Shown here one piece after another: positions 29,548 through 39,697 of a stretch of 64,000 nt of DNA. The stretch comes from Escherichia phage vB_EcoM_KWBSE43-6. The DNA lies in sequence record NC_048186.1; one strand, 5' to 3'. The notes under the pieces were generated by a model. That model was not told where the DNA came from. It made no database searches and saw nothing but the letters and a program-made list of their open reading frames with translations. The translations under genes were made by a program, and so were the position numbers. Numbering within the stretch: the stretch's first letter is position 1; every line of letters begins with the position of its first letter.

Positions 29548-30369
29548 TTAGACTACAGCCATTTCACAACGGGTAGAAGTCACTGAATGGCCATCGGCGT
29601 CAGAAACAACACACCAATATTCGCCTTCGTCGGCAGCATCCACAGCAGTCACAACCAGGTTAGCGGTTGATGCAGTCGCGTTGGTGCCAGCGTCAATAAC
29701 CGAACCTGCGCCACCCGGCACATCAGAGAAATGCCACACATAAGTGTACGGGGTAGTGCCGCCCGCAGCGACAACGCTAAACGTCGCGTCTTGGCCGCTG
29801 GTAACGTCTTTAGTTGCCGTCAGATCGGTTGAAAGAGACAAAGCGCCCGCAACGGTGATGACGGTTGAATCGGTATGGTTGCCTTCTACGGTGACGCCAT
29901 AGACGGTCACGGAACCGGGCTGAAGCAGTTTGAATTTACCGCCGCCGATATGGACTGCTTTAGTCACGTCACCGGAATACCAGTTGACGCCTTTGTAGGT
30001 TGCATTCGCCGGAGCCACCGTCGCCAGAAGTTCAACCACTTGCCCAATTTCACCATTGGCGGTTGCCGGGGTGATAGTGAGACCAGTAGTCAGGACTGCG
30101 CTGGGATCGTGAATTTCGTAAGATACCAGGAAGCCAACGGGCTTCGAAGGATCGATTTTGGTCACGCCGTCTGCTTCCAGATTAGATTTGGTCAGCAGTG
30201 CATCAAGACCTTTACATTCGGTCAGAATTTCGTTCGGGTCTTGGTTCAGACTGGTTTTCTGCCAGCCCTTGGCAACCCCGGTAACAACATGACCACGTTC
30301 GGTCTCCGGTTTGTTGCGTACAACATACGGCGCGACTAATACATTGATTGTTGGCATGGTTTCCTCCAC
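29548..30369 (-). CDS. Ig-like domain protein (candidate capsid decoration or adhesin, Hoc-like)
   Basis: Beta-rich T/S/V/G composition and Ig-type EGEYWCVVSD motif. Confidence 0.5.
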   Translation of the reverse strand: MEETMPTINVLVAPYVVRNKPETERGHVVTGVAKGWQKTSLNQDPNEILTECKGLDALLTKSNLEADGVTKIDPSKPVGFLVSYEIHDPSAVLTTGLTITPATANGEIGQVVELLATVAPANATYKGVNWYSGDVTKAVHIGGGKFKLLQPGSVTVYGVTVEGNHTDSTVITVAGALSLSTDLTATKDVTSGQDATFSVVAAGGTTPYTYVWHFSDVPGGAGSVIDAGTNATASTANLVVTAVDAADEGEYWCVVSDADGHSVTSTRCEMAVV

Positions 30370-30728
30370 TCATCCAAATCGTTGTTCAGAGCCATCATCA
30401 GCTCGTTATCTGGTTCATAAGAACCGGAACATAAATCATCTCTCCATACACCTAACGTCAACAACGCTGCTTTCAGACGAGGATGTTGGGACTTGTCAGT
30501 TTTCAACACTAACATTCGGCATACAGCCTCAGTCTCAAAAGTGTTGAAAAGTGTAATCAATTGATTGATAAGGACTCGGGGACTTTTCCCGGGAACAAAT
30601 CGTTTCAATGATTGATTAATTAGCGAAATTCGCTGAATGTCCACCATCAAATCATCTCTTGAGACACAAGGAGTAATATAATGCCTCAGAGCGTATTCCA
30701 TTAAATTGCTTTCATCAACAATAGGCAT
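30336..30728 (-). CDS. Hypothetical protein
   Basis: 130-aa ORF. Confidence 0.35.
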   Translation of the reverse strand: MPIVDESNLMEYALRHYITPCVSRDDLMVDIQRISLINQSLKRFVPGKSPRVLINQLITLFNTFETEAVCRMLVLKTDKSQHPRLKAALLTLGVWRDDLCSGSYEPDNELMMALNNDLDEWRKPCQQSMY

Positions 30729-30759
30729 ATAGAATAAGTTCAGCTGTTGTACACTGGAC

Positions 30760-31170
30760 TTATTTAATCTGAAGTTTTTCGATCAATTTGGCGATCAGTT
30801 TGTCCCGGTCTGTTTCTACAATACCCAGAGGCTCACCCAATACCGACAGATCATTGATATCCAGAAGATTGAGGGTTTCTACTGTAATATCAGTGCTGAT
30901 GACCGTTCCCGGTTCTATCGGTCGGCCGAATTTGTCGCGACCATAACGTTTGAGGGTGCTGGCAAGCCCGGTTAGCTCCTCCAGAAGCTCCTTATCGCCG
31001 TTTTTATGCTCGCATACCCAACCATAGTCACCAGCATATACCGTGGCGCCGTCGCCAACGTTCGGGATGTTATCCAGGACGCGCTGCAGGTATGATGGAA
31101 TTTTCTGTTCTTCTACTGCGGTGATTGGGTCAACAACAGCAGTATCTTTAACTTTCGGTGTCTTGGCCAT
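30760..31170 (-). CDS. Hypothetical protein
   Basis: Start re-picked at internal Met (MAKTPKVKD). Confidence 0.4.
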   Translation of the reverse strand: MAKTPKVKDTAVVDPITAVEEQKIPSYLQRVLDNIPNVGDGATVYAGDYGWVCEHKNGDKELLEELTGLASTLKRYGRDKFGRPIEPGTVISTDITVETLNLLDINDLSVLGEPLGIVETDRDKLIAKLIEKLQIK

Positions 31171-31444
31171 GTTCAGTTCTCCTATAGACTTTGATATATT
31201 TACCACAGCAATTGCATTGGTATTCATGCATACAACGCCCGTCGTCATTAAAGTCACATGCCCCACAATGACAGAATAATTTTACAAATTGGCTCCCTTC
31301 AATATTCCTGACCGGGAAATGTTTGTATGAATATTCTCGCATTTCACCGTCAAATTGAAAAGAATCTATTAAGAACTTTTCAGTCGTTCTATAAGGCCCA
31401 AATGTCTGGCGAGCATATTTGAAATAAACATCTCTGGTTTCCAT
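31148..31444 (-). CDS. Small Cys-rich protein
   Basis: CHCGACDFNDDGRCMHEYQCNCCGKY. Confidence 0.4.
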   Translation of the reverse strand: METRDVYFKYARQTFGPYRTTEKFLIDSFQFDGEMREYSYKHFPVRNIEGSQFVKLFCHCGACDFNDDGRCMHEYQCNCCGKYIKVYRRTEHGQDTES

Positions 31445-31455
31445 GAATTAACTCC

Positions 31456-31485
31456 AACAAAAAGGGGCCGAAGCCCCTTATTTTA
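31456..31485. terminator. Bidirectional rho-independent terminator
   Basis: AGGGGC-CGAA-GCCCCT hairpin with flanking A/T runs. Confidence 0.55.
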
Positions 31486-31496
31486 CGCTGTCGTGA

Positions 31497-33083
31497 TTAA
31501 CGATAAAGCCCTTCAACGTCAATGGATTTGTGTTGACGGTTATATTCAGTGGTGTAGTCGTCTAACACCAGATATTCACAGCAGCGAATTTTACTGGACT
31601 TGTAGTCATCAGTGATCGACACGATGTCCTTCGGGTTCAGCTTACAACGAACAACGCGCTGACCCAAGTGGCCGAAGCATTGCTTCAGATATGCCAGCGA
31701 GCAGACGTGCAGCCCATAGGAGCACAGGTCTTTGTTGTCATCGTTGACGAAGGAACGCGCCATGCGTACGATCGTTCCCGGAGTGTTGTCGATCGTACCA
31801 GAGTGCTTGTCCATGTAATTGCCACGGACCGACTTGTACAGAATGATGTCACCGTCTTCAGCAATCTCAATATCCGAGTATGCCATGAATTCATAGATGC
31901 GGCCAGACTGTACCAGGGACGAACTCGGGTTCTGGAACATCTTATCCAGGAAGTTCGTCAGGCGCTGCATGTTGCTGTAATCACCACGCAGCATCAGTGT
32001 CAGGATACGCTTGGCAACGCTCGTACCCGTGATGTCATGGCCGGACCAACGAACACGGTTATTGCTGATGTCAACCAGGCCTGTCGCAAATTTCTCAATC
32101 GCTTCGCGCGGCTTCATCAACGTATACGCCAGTTTGATGTCACGAGATTTAATCGCTTCAACGATTCGGTCATACGACTGGTGGCTGGTCGTGATCGTTT
32201 CCGGTTTGCCATCGATGACAATAACGACGCTCTCCGGCAGGATCATGATCTGATGTTCGTTCAGGAACACACTCAGCTCTTTATCGCCGAATTCAGCCTT
32301 GGTCTGTTTGTCACCGATTTGCTGTGTTTCTTTCAATTTTACTTTGAAAGTCACGGATGACAGCGCCAGACGCAGGGTGCGACCGAGGATGCTGTCGTAA
32401 TAACCAACCCGGCGGCGGGCGTCCATGGAGCCGCGCATCGGATACGTGTCTTCGTCAGGTAAAATAACCGTGATCTCGGAAGTCTCACCTTTGTGACCAT
32501 CAACCAGAGCAGATGCCACTTCGGCCAGCGCAACGATTTTATCGCCGTCATTTTTAGAATTCAATTTGTCGGAAGACTCAGACGGTTTCAGCTGATCGCG
32601 CGCGATCATAGCCGCTTTGATCCCAGCATAACTGCTGTCGTCCGTATAGCGCAAACACAGGAATTGGTTGTGGTTCTCCATGAACTTGCCGACATACCAC
32701 TCTTCGTCGTCTTTTTCATATACAGCCACGCCGCCTTCCAGGACTTCGAATTCTTTCGTGGCGTCCGATTCTTTAATCGGTGAAATGACGGTGATGTTGT
32801 TTGCTTGTTTGATGATACGGACCATCAGCGCACGGGCGATAGTTTTGGTGCTGACGCCATAAGCCGATGCCAGGTTGGTGTTGCTTTCCCCGGCGTGGCT
32901 CTGAGACTGGATCAGTTCGATCTGTTCGGTTGTCAGCGATTTCAGAGAAGCCGGGTCAACCCCCAGCTCTTGGTCGGACACACGCTGTACCATTGAGCGA
33001 GGAACGCCCAATTCGTTAGCGATAGAATTCTGGCTTTTGCCATCCTTCAACATCCGTAAAATACTTTTTTCGGTAGCAGTCAT
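31497..33083 (-). CDS. rIIB: rIIB-like protein
   Basis: Directly downstream of rIIA in same orientation (conserved rIIA-rIIB synteny); N-terminal HTH-like segment. Confidence 0.5.
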   Translation of the reverse strand: MTATEKSILRMLKDGKSQNSIANELGVPRSMVQRVSDQELGVDPASLKSLTTEQIELIQSQSHAGESNTNLASAYGVSTKTIARALMVRIIKQANNITVISPIKESDATKEFEVLEGGVAVYEKDDEEWYVGKFMENHNQFLCLRYTDDSSYAGIKAAMIARDQLKPSESSDKLNSKNDGDKIVALAEVASALVDGHKGETSEITVILPDEDTYPMRGSMDARRRVGYYDSILGRTLRLALSSVTFKVKLKETQQIGDKQTKAEFGDKELSVFLNEHQIMILPESVVIVIDGKPETITTSHQSYDRIVEAIKSRDIKLAYTLMKPREAIEKFATGLVDISNNRVRWSGHDITGTSVAKRILTLMLRGDYSNMQRLTNFLDKMFQNPSSSLVQSGRIYEFMAYSDIEIAEDGDIILYKSVRGNYMDKHSGTIDNTPGTIVRMARSFVNDDNKDLCSYGLHVCSLAYLKQCFGHLGQRVVRCKLNPKDIVSITDDYKSSKIRCCEYLVLDDYTTEYNRQHKSIDVEGLYR

Positions 33084-33116
33084 CTTGTAGTTCCCACTTT
33101 GTGTTAGACGGGGCTA

Positions 33117-35873
33117 TTATGCCCCGAGAATACGTTTTGAAATAGCGGCGAAGAAACCCTCTTTGTCTTCTTCAATCGGGTTCTGAGCCACAGGCGTATA
33201 CGTCGCCATCAGATGTTTTAGCAAGTTATGGCAATCGACGCGATACCGGTTATATTTCTTTTGGGTCTGCGAAATAGAACGTGTCCAGCTGATTTCGCAA
33301 TAACCGTTGGTTTTCAGCAATTCATTGATGCTGGAAAACAATTGAATCATACGCGCCTGCCCATGGCGGTATTGGTCAAAGTTCTTTTTGATACTAACAT
33401 GGAAATTTAATTTTTCCATCGCCTCGTTAAGATCTTTGACGCCAGATAATCCTTTCTTGTTCTTACTGATTTCCTTCAGATAATCCCATTCAGTTTCCGG
33501 GATTAATTCAATATTATTCTTATCCAGCTGGGATATTCTATCCTTCAGATAAGCAAACTTTTCTGGGATACCTTCGTGAGATTTGGCCAGAAGTGACTCC
33601 GCATACGGGATACGGTTTATGATACAACGAGTTTGCTTTCTTAATGCTAACAGTTCCCGGGCATTCTTAGATTTGAAAGACGGCATATGGCGTTTCAATA
33701 ACATTTCAAATACCGCATCAATTGGCACGAACACTTCCGGGAACTTTTTCATCATCGGAACCGATTTACGGCGGGCAAGGATGACTTTCTTATGGAAGTT
33801 CATGAACCCAAATATGTTGTTCCCCTCATCGTCCATAGGAGTGTTGTGCATACATTCCAAAATGCTCCGGGCAACGTATTCATTAACACGTTTTCCACGA
33901 ATATCATGGATGCTGTTAGTTCCTGATATCTCAATATAAACAATTTGCTTACCAGAATCAATGATACTGGAGATATCTTCAGCAGATAATTCTTTATCCT
34001 TATAGAAACTGAAACGGAACCCTTCGTATGCAAACATCCCTGGATCTTTTTCGACCGGGGGCTTCACATACTGCATATCATGCATGAAGTAAACTTCACT
34101 TGGCACGAGGATTTCCGAAATAACTTCGTAAAACTTATCGGCAAATACCAAATGGTCAATAGTTGTCTCTTGTTTACCAACCCAAGATTCAAAATAGGAT
34201 TGAAGCTCTTCGTGATTCTTGTATGCGCCTTTATGGTTTTGCAATAAATTGCGATTGGTCAGCAAAGAATCATTGGGCTTAACAACGATAACAACATCAT
34301 GATTATTTCGCGCCGTCCTGATTTTCAGATTACGGGCGCGGCTGGAGTTATCGATAATAATAGCAACAGATTTTTTCTCACCAACCCAACCATAAACGTC
34401 ATTCAGCATGAGTGAATCCTTGGTTTCCCAATACCCGGCATCCCAATATATTTCAAGGTAATAAGGATTCCCGGCAGTACGGAATGGAGCGTCAACATCG
34501 ATGTTACGTTCTATATCAGGGGTGCCGTTGTAAACATATTTCCCTTTGTAGAAGCGGGTATCAGCCGGGAAGTCCCGCTCCATCATTTTGCGGAAACCGC
34601 TACCGAACATGTTGGTGAATTCGTCTTTCTTCATATACAACGCCAGCGGGCCTTTGCTGGACGCCAGGTTGAGTTCGGAAATCTTTTCCTGCATAATTTT
34701 ATTCGCCACTTTCTTGAACTGGCGATTCAGGGTTTCGCGAGTGTACTCATCGTAAGACAAGTCTTCACGAGATGGTGGGACATTAAGCTCACCGAGTTCA
34801 AAGAAGGTATAGGATGTCGGGAACTTTTCCAGAATAGAAGAAACGTCTTGTTCCAGTTGTTCCAGATCAATAGGGTATGACACCCCGCCCATGACCGCAT
34901 AGTGGGTATTCCCCGTCCCCTTCGGCTGGATATAGGTATTCCCCACCCGGTTGTTAAAACTGATGTCTTCCCAATCGAAGTTGTATGAGTGATTCGTGAC
35001 TTTCGGGCGCTCGTTGGGCTTCATAACTTTACCAAGACGGATCAGCTCTTCTTCAAACGCACGGAAACGACTGTTCTTGACCGGGACTTTCACAGACAAA
35101 CCATTCCATTCATCTGTGTCTTCCGGCGCAGGTTCGCGGGTTTCTACGTTTTTTGTCACCAGGTCAACGGTCGGGATACGGTTCCCGTTCAGATACATCA
35201 GGAAGCGATAGATCTTCCCTTCATAGCGGGATTCAACAGTGAATGAATCCGACACAGAGAAAGGTGATTTGGAACCCAGACCGAACGCGCCGATCTGGCC
35301 ATCATCGTCTTCTTTGGTACTGTTGAACAAAGTGGTATAAAGCCCAGGGGAACGGATGATTTCGCCATCTTGGGTTTTAAAGACCAATTGTCCACCATAA
35401 TACGAAGAGAAATCGGGCACACCCAGGACTTCAGAACCTTCTGGGATTTCGTCTTCTTTGACGACCATGTTGCCCGCCAGAAGCACTTCATCTTCACGGG
35501 CCAAAATAGGTTCACCCATGATCTGTTCCAGCGAAAGGCCGATACCCCAGTCTTTGATTTCCAGCCATGGCTCGTAATCGTCCGGGAGATGGACTTCTAC
35601 GGGAATGTTAGAAGGAGCCAGATACTTACTGTACAGTTGGGGCATCGGGGACAGAGAGGCGTAATGAGACGGCATCCAGCGCTGTAAACGGTTACGCATG
35701 TTGTGAGCGTCAATCGCATTACAAACGGTCTCACGAAGCGCCGCCGCTTCTTTATAACGATAAAGGCTGGAGAACAACGTTTCAAATAACTTATCGGTCA
35801 TTTTGACGTTGAACACATTACCAGATATAGATGATGAAGAGCGGACGAAGTGCTCTGACTTGCGCATTTTCAT
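33117..35873 (-). CDS. rIIA: rIIA protein (GHKL ATPase-like N-domain)
   Basis: RETVCNAIDAH and GAFGLGSKSPFSV match rIIA/GHKL motifs; 918 aa; start codon uncertain (no clear RBS at any candidate Met). Confidence 0.8.
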   Translation of the reverse strand: MKMRKSEHFVRSSSSISGNVFNVKMTDKLFETLFSSLYRYKEAAALRETVCNAIDAHNMRNRLQRWMPSHYASLSPMPQLYSKYLAPSNIPVEVHLPDDYEPWLEIKDWGIGLSLEQIMGEPILAREDEVLLAGNMVVKEDEIPEGSEVLGVPDFSSYYGGQLVFKTQDGEIIRSPGLYTTLFNSTKEDDDGQIGAFGLGSKSPFSVSDSFTVESRYEGKIYRFLMYLNGNRIPTVDLVTKNVETREPAPEDTDEWNGLSVKVPVKNSRFRAFEEELIRLGKVMKPNERPKVTNHSYNFDWEDISFNNRVGNTYIQPKGTGNTHYAVMGGVSYPIDLEQLEQDVSSILEKFPTSYTFFELGELNVPPSREDLSYDEYTRETLNRQFKKVANKIMQEKISELNLASSKGPLALYMKKDEFTNMFGSGFRKMMERDFPADTRFYKGKYVYNGTPDIERNIDVDAPFRTAGNPYYLEIYWDAGYWETKDSLMLNDVYGWVGEKKSVAIIIDNSSRARNLKIRTARNNHDVVIVVKPNDSLLTNRNLLQNHKGAYKNHEELQSYFESWVGKQETTIDHLVFADKFYEVISEILVPSEVYFMHDMQYVKPPVEKDPGMFAYEGFRFSFYKDKELSAEDISSIIDSGKQIVYIEISGTNSIHDIRGKRVNEYVARSILECMHNTPMDDEGNNIFGFMNFHKKVILARRKSVPMMKKFPEVFVPIDAVFEMLLKRHMPSFKSKNARELLALRKQTRCIINRIPYAESLLAKSHEGIPEKFAYLKDRISQLDKNNIELIPETEWDYLKEISKNKKGLSGVKDLNEAMEKLNFHVSIKKNFDQYRHGQARMIQLFSSINELLKTNGYCEISWTRSISQTQKKYNRYRVDCHNLLKHLMATYTPVAQNPIEEDKEGFFAAISKRILGA

Positions 35874-35937
35874 AACGAAGAAGTCCTATCAGTTTCAAAG
35901 GGATTACACAGAGGTATGATACGTGAAGGTCGTTCAA

Positions 35938-35966
35938 TTGAAAAAGCCCCTGAGAAGGGGCTTTAG
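35938..35966 (-). terminator. Rho-independent terminator
   Basis: AAGCCCC-TTCTCA-GGGGCTT then TTTTCAATTG in minus sense. Confidence 0.5.
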
Positions 35967-35972
35967 TTCATA

Positions 35973-36314
35973 TTATCCAATGAGTGATGCTCGGAAGTCA
36001 AAGGTCGGGCGCGTCGCCCCCGGTTCCAGCACTTCTTCCAGATAACCGACATATTGTTTGACAACTACAGTCGGCTCGGCACGATTGGGCTTGGTTGCAC
36101 TCAGATCCAGAAGGCTGGAAGCCACCTGCTCTACAACAGTGCGCTTGATCTCAAAATGGTAGCGGCTCCCGAAGGCGGCGATCTTGACTTCATTAATTTT
36201 GAAGTCAGACAATTCACTGCTGTTCAACGTACCGATATTCAATTGTGAGCGCAGATGCTCAACAATGTTAGAATAAATGTACTGCGGTGTGATCAGCTGT
36301 TCAATAGAACTCAT
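35973..36314 (-). CDS. Hypothetical protein
   Basis: 113-aa ORF. Confidence 0.4.
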   Translation of the reverse strand: MSSIEQLITPQYIYSNIVEHLRSQLNIGTLNSSELSDFKINEVKIAAFGSRYHFEIKRTVVEQVASSLLDLSATKPNRAEPTVVVKQYVGYLEEVLEPGATRPTFDFRASLIG

Positions 36315-36488
36315 AATATATCCTCTAAATTTCGGGTTCAGGTTTACTTAATCGAGCGAGTTCGGCTCGAAGATACAGAATTTCGTCGGCCATCTGTTTC
36401 CCTTCACCAAACATGACATGACACTTTACCTTCCTCGGCTCCCCTTCAGATATTTCGAGGAGCCGTTCTTCTGTTAAGGTGTCATCAC

Positions 36489-36707
36489 TCATTTACTCTT
36501 CCTTTTGTTCTTTCCATGCGTTTTGGCTTTCTTCGGTCGTTTCACCGATGGTCGACCATGGCCCGGCGTTCCCGGCCCTGAATTGTTGGAATACCAAATA
36601 TCATCACCGCGATGACGTGATTCCTGATAACTACGCGCCAATGCTTGTTCTGCACTGATAACAGCACCAGCCATAGCAATGGCAACTAATGCCTTTTTGG
36701 AATTCAT
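36489..36707 (-). CDS. Small secreted basic protein
   Basis: Signal-peptide-like N-terminus MNSKKALVAIAMAGAVISAEQA; C-terminus RPSVKRPKKAKTHGKNKRKSK. Confidence 0.4.
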   Translation of the reverse strand: MNSKKALVAIAMAGAVISAEQALARSYQESRHRGDDIWYSNNSGPGTPGHGRPSVKRPKKAKTHGKNKRKSK

Positions 36708-37147
36708 TATAATTCTCCTTTGGCGGCATAGGACAACGCCTTGGCGATCATCACAGCCAACTGCATAGAACCATAGTCAAAATCACGTTCCACTAATGCT
36801 CTGATTTCATCACGAGATTGGACTTCTGGACAATTTTTGCTCTGTCGGCGTTCTTCCTGATCGATTAGATCGCGCAGCATCAGACCAGTAAAAGAATATT
36901 CGTCAAAGTTTTCCAGATACTTCTGGATGTTAGAAGCGACGGGAGTTGGTTTCTGTGCTTCTGGTTCTTTCAGCGCCGCCACGATAGCATCAATATCCCA
37001 CAAAGGATTCAACATCAACAATAGGTTGACAGTCTTTCCTGACTCCGAAGTCGGATTCTTTCCCAGTACATTGTACAGGGTCTTCAAGGTTTTGTCAAAT
37101 GTGAGAACCACTTGTGTAAGTTCTTCATAAGTTGGTTTGGTAGGCAT
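36707..37147 (-). CDS. Hypothetical protein
   Basis: 146-aa ORF. Confidence 0.4.
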   Translation of the reverse strand: MPTKPTYEELTQVVLTFDKTLKTLYNVLGKNPTSESGKTVNLLLMLNPLWDIDAIVAALKEPEAQKPTPVASNIQKYLENFDEYSFTGLMLRDLIDQEERRQSKNCPEVQSRDEIRALVERDFDYGSMQLAVMIAKALSYAAKGEL

Positions 37148-37536
37148 TAGCGTTTGCTCCGGCGTTTGTTATTCATTTTAGTAGCCTGGCGTTTGTGGGA
37201 AGCGGTTCCACAAAGACGAGGCGGCTTTTGGTAACGAGCATCTTTCATCATCTGACGCTCGTCTCGGGATGTTTCAATAAAATCATTGTCATCTAATTTG
37301 CGCCTTGACTTCAGGCTGTTGATAAGCTGCTTCACATCAAATTCAGAACAGATTTCATCCAGAATCACGATGCGCTTGTCGTTCTCTTCAAGACGTGCCA
37401 GTTCACGAGCTGACATATGATCTTCGATCGAAATCTGCTTTATTTCCCATTCCGGATGAAGATCTTGTAATGCGGCCTTCATGATAATACTGTGGTGACC
37501 GCCCCCGATGATCACGATCTTTTTGGGTTCTGACAT
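37147..37536 (-). CDS. Hypothetical protein with basic C-terminal tail
   Basis: 129-aa ORF. Confidence 0.4.
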   Translation of the reverse strand: MSEPKKIVIIGGGHHSIIMKAALQDLHPEWEIKQISIEDHMSARELARLEENDKRIVILDEICSEFDVKQLINSLKSRRKLDDNDFIETSRDERQMMKDARYQKPPRLCGTASHKRQATKMNNKRRSKR

Positions 37537-37601
37537 GATGTTGCTCCAAAGAAAAGGGATAGAGCAATAATACCCTATCCCTGTTTATTGAAGAATTAAG
37601 T

Positions 37602-38021
37602 CTATTCAGCTTGCGTGTAGTTCAAATCGCCGCGCAGATCCTGAATAGGCTGGCCGCCAACTGCCATGATATAGATGGTGTTGATAGTTTCGAACCACGT
37701 CAGTTCGTTAACGTCTTTGGTGTACGGCGTCACTGGAATAGAAGTTTTGACTTCGTTCGTTTCAGTCAGCGGGTGTGCTTCAACCAGAGTAAGGATAGCG
37801 CAGCGCCCAGACGGATGGATAATACCTTCTTTAAACAACACGATCTTTTTGCGAGGATAGGATGCTTCCCCCAGGCATACGGCAAGATGGTGGATCATTT
37901 CTGGCCGGGTTAATAGAGTATCATTCCTGATGATACCTTGTTTAACAGCTGAGATAACGATCTCGTCCAGAATCGCCTGTTGTTGGTGAAGACTCATAGA
38001 TTCGGTAAGTTTTACGCCCAT
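37602..38021 (-). CDS. Hypothetical protein
   Basis: Start re-picked at MGVKLTE. Confidence 0.35.
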   Translation of the reverse strand: MGVKLTESMSLHQQQAILDEIVISAVKQGIIRNDTLLTRPEMIHHLAVCLGEASYPRKKIVLFKEGIIHPSGRCAILTLVEAHPLTETNEVKTSIPVTPYTKDVNELTWFETINTIYIMAVGGQPIQDLRGDLNYTQAE

Positions 38022-38025
38022 GATA

Positions 38026-38589
38026 TTACCCTTTGAAGTTAATCGGAGCCTGAACACCAGATTCAAAAGCTGCCTGGGTATGGCTATCACTTACAACCTG
38101 GCAGGTCTTTTCCAGATCCAGACGCGGGAAACCAAACATTCCAGCCACGATGTTGCCCGGGAACTGCTGGAGCCGGGTCTCGTACAACTGGCACGCATCG
38201 AGTTTTTTGGTCTGGCTGATACGGAATTCATCACGGCCCGCGCTGATTACGATCTGGATTTCTTTATACAGAGATGAATCGAACTGAATGTTCTGTTCCT
38301 GGATCCATTGCATCACCGCTTTGGAACCGTCGGCGCCATAGCGGCCTTCAAATGTTCCCTTGATGACTTCCTTCAACCCGTTCTTGTACATGTCCGGGAT
38401 TTGCGCCGTGTCCTGCACTTTCATAGTATAAGAACTCAGATAGTTCTCCGAGTCCTTGTTGAACTTCTTAACATTGTTCTCCAGCTTGTTAAAACCGTTG
38501 AACGTGCTGATAAGAAACCCGGCGATGATTGCGATCAAACCAACGGTAGCACCGACGACGATAAGAGAAGAACTGATACTTTTTGACAT
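38026..38589 (-). CDS. LemA-family membrane protein
   Basis: N-terminal TM helix plus C-terminal LemA signature FPGNIVAGMFGFPRLD. Confidence 0.55.
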   Translation of the reverse strand: MSKSISSSLIVVGATVGLIAIIAGFLISTFNGFNKLENNVKKFNKDSENYLSSYTMKVQDTAQIPDMYKNGLKEVIKGTFEGRYGADGSKAVMQWIQEQNIQFDSSLYKEIQIVISAGRDEFRISQTKKLDACQLYETRLQQFPGNIVAGMFGFPRLDLEKTCQVVSDSHTQAAFESGVQAPINFKG

Positions 38590-38605
38590 TTGTGTAGCCT
38601 CTTGT

Positions 38606-39697
38606 TTAGAATGGGAAACGACGATTTAGACTAAAATTATATGGCCCAGCGCCAAGATAGAATAATACACCGAACGGCACACAACCGAGTAAAGACACGA
38701 TCAGGGCTTCCCAGGTCTTCAACTCACGCCATTTCAGATAATCCATCTCCTTCATAGACACCCGGTTGTAGCCCTTGCTGATATTGGTAGCGACTTCTTG
38801 GAAGACTGCTATTCCCATGGGCTGTCCAGTAAGGGATAATCCATTGCGGGAATGCAACTCCATGTTGTTCATGCCATCTGCAAAAGATGTGCTCTTGCCC
38901 CAATTTATCTTCATATCCTTGGTGATATCGGTAACTACGATGACGTCATTCTTCTTGCCGCCCGCCCATGCATACACCAGCCCCTGGAAATATTCAATCG
39001 GCTGGCCTGAAGTTATCACCCAAACGATGTTCACCTGGCGCTCGGCACCCAGAGTTTTCAGAACGCCGTTCAAATAATCATTCCAGTAACCGACAGGAAG
39101 ATTCAAACCAGACATGTTCAAAACCCGGTTGACACGATAGTAATCATAGACCTTTGGGTACGCCGGAATATAATCTTTGAACTTCTCGGCAAACTGTTCA
39201 TCCGAACGGGAGAATAATGAATCCCTGTTTCCAAGAACGTAGTTCTGATACGGATGATCTTGTGCAGCTGGCTCCCCGATCTTCACCTGTGCCCAGCGCG
39301 GCGGCTGGCGCAAACCTTGTCGGTCTATACGCTTAATGGTCAGATCACCGACGGTCGTGTGAACATCCCAGTCAACGTCATAATCATGCTCGTCACAATA
39401 GATCGGGACACAGGACTGGTTGCCTTTACTATCCGTTGAACATGTCTGGCCGCATTGATACTGGTGCTCACACGAGACCTTTTCCCGAGTCTTGCCAGTC
39501 ACATAACCATTAAGGATTTCCACGTCAGCGGCACTCCCCAAGGAGAATGCTGCGTATGCACCCGCTTGTATCAGGCAAGACAAACCAACCCCGATAAGGG
39601 TCGTATAGACCGTCTCCTTAACGTTGTGGTCGGCCTGGTGTCTGACTATGAACGCAACCGCCATTGCCAACGGCAGGATGAAAAAGAGATAGATCAT
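38606..39697 (-). CDS. Multi-pass membrane protein (two N-terminal TM, one C-terminal TM, Cys-rich extracytoplasmic domain)
   Basis: Hydrophobic helices at both ends; Cys cluster CEHQYQCGQTCSTDSKGNQSCVPIYCDEH. Confidence 0.45.
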   Translation of the reverse strand: MIYLFFILPLAMAVAFIVRHQADHNVKETVYTTLIGVGLSCLIQAGAYAAFSLGSAADVEILNGYVTGKTREKVSCEHQYQCGQTCSTDSKGNQSCVPIYCDEHDYDVDWDVHTTVGDLTIKRIDRQGLRQPPRWAQVKIGEPAAQDHPYQNYVLGNRDSLFSRSDEQFAEKFKDYIPAYPKVYDYYRVNRVLNMSGLNLPVGYWNDYLNGVLKTLGAERQVNIVWVITSGQPIEYFQGLVYAWAGGKKNDVIVVTDITKDMKINWGKSTSFADGMNNMELHSRNGLSLTGQPMGIAVFQEVATNISKGYNRVSMKEMDYLKWRELKTWEALIVSLLGCVPFGVLFYLGAGPYNFSLNRRFPF

